Shown: piece by piece, positions 1 through 7,082 of the stretch
Position numbering within the stretch: position 1 is the stretch's first letter
How the letters are laid out: each line of letters opens with the position of its first letter
Source: a virus
Taxonomy: Duplodnaviria; Caudoviricetes
Length of the DNA stretch: 38,469 nucleotides
Strand: one strand, 5' to 3'
Virus record (IMG/VR): IMGVR_UViG_3300037045_000087
Span: 1 to 38,469 of that record
Made by a program: the position numbers and the translations under genes
The notes under the pieces: generated by a model
What the model was told of the DNA's origin: nothing
What the model saw: the letters and a program-made list of their open reading frames with translations, nothing else
Database searches by the model: none

Positions 1-1
1 G

Positions 2-832
2 GCGGAATACAAAAAATGGGCTGGCTCGGCTCGGGAGCTTAAAACCTTCCGGGCCGACATGCTGGCCCTGGATCAACTCCTGGCCGTGGCGGGAGCCTCG
101 ACGCGCCTGGACAAGCTGACCCTGAAACATGCCGACATGATGATCGCTGCCTGTCGGAAAAGGGGCTGTCGCCCTGGGACGATCAACGCATACGTCCGCC
201 ATTTGCGTGCTGCCACGAAAAAGGTGGTCGATTGGGGCTATCTGCCCTCTCCGCCATTCCGGGCCTTGCGCGAGGTCCCACGGGAACAGAAGGCCCCTTT
301 GTATATCCAGGCGAATGAGGTGTCTGGAGTCCTGGCATCTGTCCAGGATCTTGACGAGCGACGGATCCTGGCCGCGTACCTGTATTCCGGGAGGAGGCGG
401 TCGGAGCTTCTGGCCCTGCGCTGGAAGGACGTCGCCCTGGACCGGGAGGAGTATTTCGTCGCCCGGTCGAAAGCCCACCTGTCGCGCTGGTATCCCATGC
501 ACCCCTTGTTCAAGGCCGTGCTGGAGGCGATAGGCGCGGGTGCTCCTGAGTCCAGGATCTTTTCCCGATGGAGTCACCCCGACTCGATCACGCACCTGGC
601 AAAACGGGCCATGCGAGATGCTGGCTACCCCGATATGTCCCTCCACAAGCTCCGGCACACTTTTGCCACCCTCCTGATCGAGCAAGGCATCGACCTTGTG
701 ACCATCGGGGCCCTCCTGGGGCATACCGATAAGCGTGCGACTGAGATCTACACCCACGCCTCTGACTCGCGCCAAAGGGCTGCGATCCGAACCGTAAATG
801 CTGGTCCCGTTGACCTCCTGGGGCCAAAATAA
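2..832 (+). CDS. int: Tyrosine recombinase (phage integrase), 5'-truncated by the window edge
   Basis: Catalytic motifs SGRRRSE (R), HKLRH (HxxR), LLGH and TEIY (Y). The frame is open from position 2, so the true start lies upstream. Confidence 0.95.
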   Translation, partial: AEYKKWAGSARELKTFRADMLALDQLLAVAGASTRLDKLTLKHADMMIAACRKRGCRPGTINAYVRHLRAATKKVVDWGYLPSPPFRALREVPREQKAPLYIQANEVSGVLASVQDLDERRILAAYLYSGRRRSELLALRWKDVALDREEYFVARSKAHLSRWYPMHPLFKAVLEAIGAGAPESRIFSRWSHPDSITHLAKRAMRDAGYPDMSLHKLRHTFATLLIEQGIDLVTIGALLGHTDKRATEIYTHASDSRQRAAIRTVNAGPVDLLGPK

Positions 833-899
833 AAGGGCAGTCTGCGTACTGTTTGCAGACTGCCCGTATTTAACCCGCTGAAATTCCTCACACTGCCCG

Positions 900-941
900 C
901 TGATTACGAATCAGTTGCTCTACCAACTGAGCTATCCTGGC
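900..941 (-). other. attP core: 5' half of tRNA-Thr(CGT), not a complete tRNA
   Basis: Minus strand reads GCCAGGATAGCTCAGTTGGTAGAGCAACTGATTCGTAATCAG: 5' acceptor strand, D arm and anticodon arm with CGT. No T arm or 3' acceptor strand follows. Confidence 0.9.
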
Positions 942-956
942 GAACCCACGAAAGGC

Positions 957-985
957 CTGATATATGGGGCTTCGCGGGTCGTCAA
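957..985 (-). promoter_or_regulatory. Sigma70-like promoter pointing into the tRNA 5' fragment
   Basis: Minus strand TTGACG (985-980), 15-17 nt spacer, TATATCAG (964-957), about 15 nt upstream of the tRNA 5' G. Confidence 0.6.
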
Positions 986-1092
986 GGTCTTTTCTCCTCC
1001 CCTCCAAATCCTGCCAAAATCGGGCAAAGAGTCTGCACCCTGCAGACCGTTTGCAGACCGTTTGCAGACTCCTGCCCCCTGCCTTTTTCCTT

Positions 1093-1674
1093 CTATCCCA
1101 TGACTTCCGAAACCGCCTCCATCGCCGCCCTGTCCCCGACCGCATAGGCCTGGGCGAGCTCCTGCTCCCTGGCTGCCTGCCATGCGAAACAGGCCTGGAT
1201 ATGGGCCTCGTATGCGGGCTGAAGGGCCGCGAAAAGGGCTGCGTCCATCTGGACCCATTGCCCCCTGGAGGCCTTCCAGGGCGTTGAATATGTGGAGTCC
1301 TGGGCGAGCTTGACCGCGAGCTCCAGATAGGCCAGCCGAGCTTTGGTGTCCGAATCGAAGAGGATGCCGTCATGTGAAAAGCCGCCGTCGAGAGCCCTGT
1401 TTTTGCCGTTGTTGATGGCCTCCATCTTGGTCGCGAGGATGTCCTCCAGGCTTGGCTCGAAGCCTGGGTCCACCGGGGGACTGTCTGGGTCTGCCGAAAC
1501 AAGATCCCATCCTGCGCCGTTAAACACGCGGACCTTTCCTGGGGCGGGAGTGGGGGGCGTGATGCTTGTGGCGAATCCAGGGACAAGCCAGACTCCAGGC
1601 TCAAGCGGAGAGGGGTCGGCGGGACCGTGACCGAGATATTCGCGCGTGTCCGGGTGGTAGTGATATATCTGCAT
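1093..1674 (-). CDS. Tail fibre assembly chaperone (Tfa-like N-terminus, DUF4376-like C-terminus)
   Basis: MQIYHYHPDTREYLG...ADPSPLEPGVWLVP...AT N-terminus typical of Tfa proteins; directly after the collar-domain gene. Confidence 0.8.
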   Translation of the reverse strand: MQIYHYHPDTREYLGHGPADPSPLEPGVWLVPGFATSITPPTPAPGKVRVFNGAGWDLVSADPDSPPVDPGFEPSLEDILATKMEAINNGKNRALDGGFSHDGILFDSDTKARLAYLELAVKLAQDSTYSTPWKASRGQWVQMDAALFAALQPAYEAHIQACFAWQAAREQELAQAYAVGDRAAMEAVSEVMG

Positions 1675-1683
1675 GATGACTCC

Positions 1684-2271
1684 TTAAAATTTGATGCAGG
1701 CGAGAAGGGCGATGTTTCGGGGTCTGGCCTCTGTGCCTCCGCTTGCCTGCGCGGTGTGGGTATGTGCGCCTGCGGACGATGTGTTTTGCGCTTGCGAAAC
1801 AAAGGAGTTTTGCTCTGGGGTGTGCATGTTTCCCGACGACGCAGTTGTGCCGTGTGGGTTTGTGAACGTATGTGTATGCGCCCCTTGGCTATCAGTCGTG
1901 TGTGTGTGCGAAACGTTCTGTCCTGCCTGTGCAGACGCCAACACACGGGCAGAATCGACGCCACGGCCATCGTCTAGGCCGCGCACAAACTCGCCGCGCA
2001 AATCTGGCACGTTGAAAGTTGTGGTCCCGTCACCGACGCCGCAGGATGTCCCGATTGCCGCGAAAAGGGTCGAGTAGGTTGTGCGCGAAACCGCCGCGCC
2101 GTTGGCCTTGAGCCATCCGGTCGGAGGGGTGGATCTCGGGAAGAAAACGACCGCGCCTGCCGCGATGCCCTCCATCCCGGCTATGTGCTCCCGCATGTCG
2201 GTTATCGCCGTTTTGAATTGGGCCTCTGTGACTGCTGCCCCTGTAAAGTTTGTCGCTGGAGGTAATGGCAT
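1684..2271 (-). CDS. Short tail fibre protein with phage tail collar domain
   Basis: PTGWLKANGAAVSRTTYSTLFAAIGT...FNVPDLRGEFVRG collar motif, HTHT repeats, terminal EARPRNIALLACIKF. Confidence 0.92.
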   Translation of the reverse strand: MPLPPATNFTGAAVTEAQFKTAITDMREHIAGMEGIAAGAVVFFPRSTPPTGWLKANGAAVSRTTYSTLFAAIGTSCGVGDGTTTFNVPDLRGEFVRGLDDGRGVDSARVLASAQAGQNVSHTHTTDSQGAHTHTFTNPHGTTASSGNMHTPEQNSFVSQAQNTSSAGAHTHTAQASGGTEARPRNIALLACIKF

Positions 2272-2274
2272 TTT

Positions 2275-4902
2275 TTAATATCTCCACATAAGGTTTGCCG
2301 AGTTTGCGTTCCACATAAGTGTTGAGCCTGAAGAGTTCCACATATAGTCGGCTACGTCTCCGTAATAGAGTGTCGCCCAGGGGCCTCTGGCCGCGCCCAT
2401 TGCCGCCACCCTGACGATGGTTGCGTTTCCGTAAATGGCCGTGGCGATACAGTTGGAGGCCGAGGGCTCGTTTGTACGGGTCCAGTTCACGCCGTCGCTG
2501 GACTGCTCGACCAGATAATAGTCTGCCCAGGGTGATGGCTCCCAGGATAAAAGCATCCGGGTGGGGTCTGTGGCTACCGATCTCCCGATGAGGCCCCGCA
2601 GGGATGGGGCCAGCTTGAAGCCCTCCAGTTGGCTGGTGGGCGGGGTCGGTATGATCTGGCCCGTGTCGATGGTGTGGACGGCATCGTCTTCGTTGACGGC
2701 CTCGATCTCGACCTGGTTGAGGCTTCGGGGGCGAATCGAGATGACCCTGGCCCGGAGATATACGGAGGCCCCCCATCCGAACGAGATATGGGTCCGCTCA
2801 TGATCCAGGCCTGTGCTTGGGGTGATCTCTGGCGCGGAAAGGAGCGTCACCGTCAGGTCGGAGGGGCCCTTTACGCACTGGTACGGACCAACGAGAGATC
2901 CGTTTTTTTTCCGCAGTGCGATGTAGTGAGTCTGGCCCTCCTCCCAGGTCAGGGGCTCTGAGAGTGTCGCCGTTAAGGTTCCGGCATCCCAGGCCACGAT
3001 CTCGCCGTGCTGCCCAAAGGCTGGCATGTCGTGCTGAATTGCGATGAGGTCCCCAGGCGAGATGAGAAAGCCCTCCATCTCCGTCGAGAAGGTCAGGAAC
3101 ATCCTTCGCCAGGCGTTCGACCCGGCATGGTAGAGCCCTTCCTTGAAAGCCTGCTCCCGGCCCGTGATCCCGAAAAGCTCCAGGGTTGCTGGCTTCATTT
3201 CGAGAGAGGCTGGAACTTTTGCCCGGACTGTTCTTTCTGCCCAGACTGAGGCGTCGAAGTATTTAACGTCGATACAGTCTGCCGAGTCCTCTGTGGGCAG
3301 GACGAAGCGCATCGAGAACGACCCCTCGACGATGTTCCTCTGGCTGAAAAGGGCCACGGGGAGCGTTTCGGCCTGGTCCCGGTAAACGCGAAGGGTTCCG
3401 GCCTGGAGGTAGTGGCGGGCGCGACCTGTTGCCAAAATCTTTGCAATGGCTGTCCAGGCGTCCATCGTGTTGTCGAATCTGGCGTTGAACTTGTCCCCTC
3501 TGAGGGCCCAGGCCTGGTCGAGGGCCAAGAAGGCTTCAAGGTCGATCATGCTGTCCGTGAATCCAATCTCTTTGGCCGTATAGACGGCTGCCCAGGCGAT
3601 GGAGGTTGTCGGGATCTTGCTTGTCCATGCCGTGCCGCTCCAGGTCTGGAGCTTGCGCGTGGCGATGACGTTGATCTTGCGGGAGGAGAGGCTCGAAAGC
3701 TGGCTGGAGGCCCGCATAATCAGGGCGATGTGGGTCGTGTCCCCATAGTCGCGCTGGCCCCTGATGTATCCGCGCAGGCCTGCCCAGACGATGTTGTGGC
3801 CGTATCTCGATCCGGTCTGCTCCGTGTTCGTCCTGATGACCCTGGCCTTGTATCGACCGGGGGCCAGGGCGACCTTCTGCGAAAACCTCTGGGGGGTTGA
3901 GGTGGACCCGGAAAAGGTTCTGGTGACAACGGTTGCCCAGGACCCTATTTCGGTTCCGTTGTTGTCGATCAGGCAAACCTGGCCTTGCACGGAGATCGAA
4001 ACCGAGGAAAGGCTCCCGTTGTCCTCCGCGTAATACATCCCGCGAGGGGCTACGAAGTCGAACCCGATGAAGTTGATCTCTGACCCTGCCGGGTTGACCA
4101 CGAACGCGCCCGTGTACGTATTGTAGGCCATTGCCTGGCCTGCGACCTCGGTGGATGTCACGACGTTGGCCGGGAAGAGGGTCACGGGCTGACCTGGCCC
4201 TACGATCTCGTAGGTTACGTCCGAAAACTCGCTGATCGGGGTGTCCTCAATCCTGATGGCTTCGATGGAGTATTCGCCACGACCAATGCACAAAAGCGAG
4301 TATAAAAACTGCTCGTTGCCGCTGTACTCTTGATAGGGAAGTGCCCCGTAGTCCGGGTAAGCCAGCATCCGGCCAAAGTGCTCTGGCACTGCCTGGCCGA
4401 GCCTGGCCGCGTTGCCCTGGGCTTGTATGCTGTATGTCGGGGATGGCGCGGCCGCGTTTGCCATGCCCCCCGCTGATGGCAGGGCTTGTGCCGGAATGAG
4501 GGCGTTGACCAGGGCCGAGCCGACCATCATGACGCCCGCTGAAAGCATGGCTCCGCCAAAGGTCCCGGCTGCGAACATGGACCCCGCAGGCGCGAGGAAC
4601 GGAACGGCGATGGAGAGGGCCACCACGGCCAGCATGGCGATGATCCTGACCGGGTTCGAGCCCCCGCCTCCTCCCTGGGGGAGTGCTTCAACGTCGACGA
4701 AAATGAGGACCTGACCGCGTAGCACGACCAGGTTCCAGTCCTTCCGCAGCACGGGCCTTCCGTCGAGAATAGCCACATAGGGCCTGGCCCATTTTGGATC
4801 GAGCGAGGCGATGCTTGTCTCCTCGACCTTGGTGATCCTTCTTCGTTGTGGGCAAAGGGCGTGGTCGATAAAAATCGCGGTTGCCTGCTGGTGGTCAGTC
4901 AT
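2275..4902 (-). CDS. Tail tip / host-specificity protein (lambda I+J-like fusion, TipJ family)
   Basis: 875 aa; N-terminal ubiquitin-like part plus hydrophobic segment, NAARLGQAVPEHFGR, PGDLIAI and a C-terminal FN3-like segment; position in the tail module. Confidence 0.85.
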   Translation of the reverse strand: MTDHQQATAIFIDHALCPQRRRITKVEETSIASLDPKWARPYVAILDGRPVLRKDWNLVVLRGQVLIFVDVEALPQGGGGGSNPVRIIAMLAVVALSIAVPFLAPAGSMFAAGTFGGAMLSAGVMMVGSALVNALIPAQALPSAGGMANAAAPSPTYSIQAQGNAARLGQAVPEHFGRMLAYPDYGALPYQEYSGNEQFLYSLLCIGRGEYSIEAIRIEDTPISEFSDVTYEIVGPGQPVTLFPANVVTSTEVAGQAMAYNTYTGAFVVNPAGSEINFIGFDFVAPRGMYYAEDNGSLSSVSISVQGQVCLIDNNGTEIGSWATVVTRTFSGSTSTPQRFSQKVALAPGRYKARVIRTNTEQTGSRYGHNIVWAGLRGYIRGQRDYGDTTHIALIMRASSQLSSLSSRKINVIATRKLQTWSGTAWTSKIPTTSIAWAAVYTAKEIGFTDSMIDLEAFLALDQAWALRGDKFNARFDNTMDAWTAIAKILATGRARHYLQAGTLRVYRDQAETLPVALFSQRNIVEGSFSMRFVLPTEDSADCIDVKYFDASVWAERTVRAKVPASLEMKPATLELFGITGREQAFKEGLYHAGSNAWRRMFLTFSTEMEGFLISPGDLIAIQHDMPAFGQHGEIVAWDAGTLTATLSEPLTWEEGQTHYIALRKKNGSLVGPYQCVKGPSDLTVTLLSAPEITPSTGLDHERTHISFGWGASVYLRARVISIRPRSLNQVEIEAVNEDDAVHTIDTGQIIPTPPTSQLEGFKLAPSLRGLIGRSVATDPTRMLLSWEPSPWADYYLVEQSSDGVNWTRTNEPSASNCIATAIYGNATIVRVAAMGAARGPWATLYYGDVADYMWNSSGSTLMWNANSANLMWRY

Positions 4903-5302
4903 TCAGCTTGCTCCTGTGTCGGAGATATTCCCTTCGGCCAAAGCCGCTACCCTGCCAGGCCGCGTTCCTGGTGAAGACGACCGAGGCCCCCCTGACGCAG
5001 TGCAGGACCCCTGGGCCAGTGGGTGTCTCTATCCAGACCCCGATATGCCGGGGCCTGTGCACGATAACCAGGTCGCCGTGCCTGGGCTCTTTTACCGGGG
5101 TCCAGCCCTGCTCCTGGACTCCTGCTTCGATCATGCCCACAAGGGCCAGTGCGTCGTCATAGTCGGGCACAATGACCCTGGAAACGTCGACGCCGAAGTG
5201 GTCCCGCTGTACCACCCGGAAAAGGGCCGCGCAGTCGTAAGCGTCTGGCCCTTCTGCCCATGCCCCCCAGGGCTTGCCGATGTATTTTTCAAACTCGTTC
5301 AT
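4895..5302 (-). CDS. NlpC/P60-family tail assembly protein (lambda K-like)
   Basis: YIGKPW...GPDAYDC and HIGVW...GVLHC catalytic motifs. Confidence 0.88.
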   Translation of the reverse strand: MNEFEKYIGKPWGAWAEGPDAYDCAALFRVVQRDHFGVDVSRVIVPDYDDALALVGMIEAGVQEQGWTPVKEPRHGDLVIVHRPRHIGVWIETPTGPGVLHCVRGASVVFTRNAAWQGSGFGRREYLRHRSKLND

Positions 5303-5826
5303 GCGACCACCAGCCCCGGCCACCGCTCTGCCGTGTATTCCTGGGATGGAAACTTGCGGTTCATGAGATTGGGAAAGCCTGCCGTGGCAATGACGGATAG
5401 GGGCGTGGCCGTAGCCCCGGATATGTCCATGTGCGTTGGGGGGTCGTTCTCTGGCCCGGAGTCCAGGCCGGAGTCCAGAAACTCCCGATAGGTTGCTTTG
5501 GTCGGGGTCTGGGATTTTGAAACCTCGATCAGGGCTGCGGTTATCATACGGTCTATGTTCTCGATCTCGATCTCCAGGGTCGGGACCCCTTCGGATGAAA
5601 TCTCTGGCTTCGTGAATCGAAAATAATACCTGATGAACGTCACCTTTTCGCTAGGGTTTGCTGGTGCGTCTGCTTCGAGCCTGGCCTCGATGTTGTCGTT
5701 TCCGAGGACCAGCCGGATCGGGTGGGAAAGGCTGGCGTGGCGGATCTCTATCGTGTGATAGATGACCCGCCCCGGAGCCGAGGCGTAAGCCTCCCTGATG
5801 GCCTCAGAAAGTGAGATATCAGGCAT
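5299..5826 (-). CDS. DUF1833-like minor tail / baseplate hub protein
   Basis: SEAIREAYASAP...YHTIEIRH, LEIEIENID, NRKFP...Y..ERWPGL motifs; lambda L position. Confidence 0.8.
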   Translation of the reverse strand: MPDISLSEAIREAYASAPGRVIYHTIEIRHASLSHPIRLVLGNDNIEARLEADAPANPSEKVTFIRYYFRFTKPEISSEGVPTLEIEIENIDRMITAALIEVSKSQTPTKATYREFLDSGLDSGPENDPPTHMDISGATATPLSVIATAGFPNLMNRKFPSQEYTAERWPGLVVA

Positions 5827-6211
5827 CCCGGACCTCCAGCGTTGCCGTGACCTTCCACTTCAGGGGCCCAATGACTGTGGCCTTGTATGTGCTGCCGAAC
5901 CTGGCCTGAGTCGGGACGACGCCGCCCGTCCCGTGTGCCAGGTTCTGCCAATACCAAGCCGCCCCGCCGTTGGCTCCATCCTGGGAATAAAACCACTCCC
6001 GGAATTCCTGAAACTCCTGGTCGTCAAACTTCCAGGCTACGTTGATCCTCTCGAACGGCGTGAAAAACCTTCGCCTGGCCCGCCCTGGGCCAGCCTCAAA
6101 GGATTGGCGGAGGACCTGGTCGGTCGGTGTGACTTCGTAGCCCTCTACGAGGGGTAGGGGCGGGGCCGTGATGGTTGGAGCCACGGCCCCCACAAGGATG
6201 GGTAGCAGCAT
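5819..6211 (-). CDS. Distal tail / minor tail protein (lambda M-like position)
   Basis: GPGRARRRF, F.EF.EWF...GGAAWY and WKVTATLE motifs; position after the tape measure gene. Confidence 0.7.
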   Translation of the reverse strand: MLLPILVGAVAPTITAPPLPLVEGYEVTPTDQVLRQSFEAGPGRARRRFFTPFERINVAWKFDDQEFQEFREWFYSQDGANGGAAWYWQNLAHGTGGVVPTQARFGSTYKATVIGPLKWKVTATLEVRDA

Positions 6212-6221
6212 GGGTGCGTCC

Positions 6222-7082
6222 TTATGTGTAAGACAGTGCCAGCGTTACCTGGTTGAGGGCCACGGCTCCGGTGTCGGTGTCTGCTGCTCCTGTGGTGATC
6301 GCGTAGGCGATACCAGTTGCGAAGGCGATGCCGATACTATTTCCGATGCCCAAGTCCACGGTCTGCCCTTGCGGGATGCCGATGACGAGGATCGGCACAT
6401 CTGTGCCCACGGTCGGGGCCGAGGCCTTGTTGTAAAACTTCAGGTAGCAGGGAGCGGCCCCCGCGTTGAACGCCCGCCCACCGTAGAGGGTTCCGGCTGA
6501 AGTCTTGAGGGCTGTCGCGTTTGTCGTGGCCGCAGAAACGAGCTTGGCCCCTATGGCCCCGCCTGTGGTCTTGCCAGACACGCCCACGTTTCCGATCAGG
6601 GCTGCCCCCGCGACAAGCGTGACCTGGTTCATGCCTGCTGGATCGTATCCGAGAGGGGATCGGCCGCACGTGACGACCATCGTTCCCGAAGTGTAGGCCG
6701 TGGCCCTGACTCTGAACCTTGCGAAACCCGAAACGCCAAACTCCCAAGCCCTGTTTGTGCTTGAAAGTGTCCCGGAGGCGGTAACGAAGGTTGCGGCGTC
6801 GGTCTGGACTCCCATGACCGGAAACCAGTTTGTCCCGTCGATGGAGGCCTCAAAGGCTATGGCGACCGAGCCGTAGGTCCCTGTAACGGCAAGAACGAGT
6901 GTGACCGCGTCCGCGATATCGAACTCGACTGTTCCGCCGTTGACGGTGATTTGGCCCGCCAGAACCGGGAGGGGGTTCACGTTGGCGACCGCCTGAATAC
7001 TTTCGACATCCGACCCGTCCAGGCGGGTAAAGGTCATGATCTTGGCATTGCCGAGGCTGTTCGGCAGGGTGATGTTGCTCAT
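6222..7082 (-). CDS. Putative virion structural protein, beta-rich, probably two domains
   Basis: 286 aa A/T/G-rich ORF coupled to the TMP stop (ATGA overlap); FEASIDGTNW and RFRVRATA resemble beta-sandwich virion domains. Confidence 0.6.
   Translation of the reverse strand: MSNITLPNSLGNAKIMTFTRLDGSDVESIQAVANVNPLPVLAGQITVNGGTVEFDIADAVTLVLAVTGTYGSVAIAFEASIDGTNWFPVMGVQTDAATFVTASGTLSSTNRAWEFGVSGFARFRVRATAYTSGTMVVTCGRSPLGYDPAGMNQVTLVAGAALIGNVGVSGKTTGGAIGAKLVSAATTNATALKTSAGTLYGGRAFNAGAAPCYLKFYNKASAPTVGTDVPILVIGIPQGQTVDLGIGNSIGIAFATGIAYAITTGAADTDTGAVALNQVTLALSYT

Larger units (their letters stand above)
840..1069. repeat. attP arm-type repeats (GTTTGCAGAC / TGCAGAC) flanking the tRNA-derived core
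   Basis: GTTTGCAGAC at 851-860, 1049-1058 and 1060-1069; TGCAGAC at 1041-1047; inverted GTCTGC at 840-845 and 1031-1036. Confidence 0.75.

Noticed and set aside
835-865. Plain Rho-independent terminator after int
   Set aside because: The U tract on the + strand is weak and the stem is built from the attP arm-repeat motif. A dual role remains possible.
870-941. Complete tRNA-Thr gene
   Set aside because: Similarity stops after the anticodon stem; there is no GTTC T-loop or 3' acceptor strand.
1093-4902. Diversity-generating retroelement or invertible tail-fibre cassette
   Set aside because: No reverse transcriptase, TR/VR pair, invertase or duplicated fibre ends were seen.
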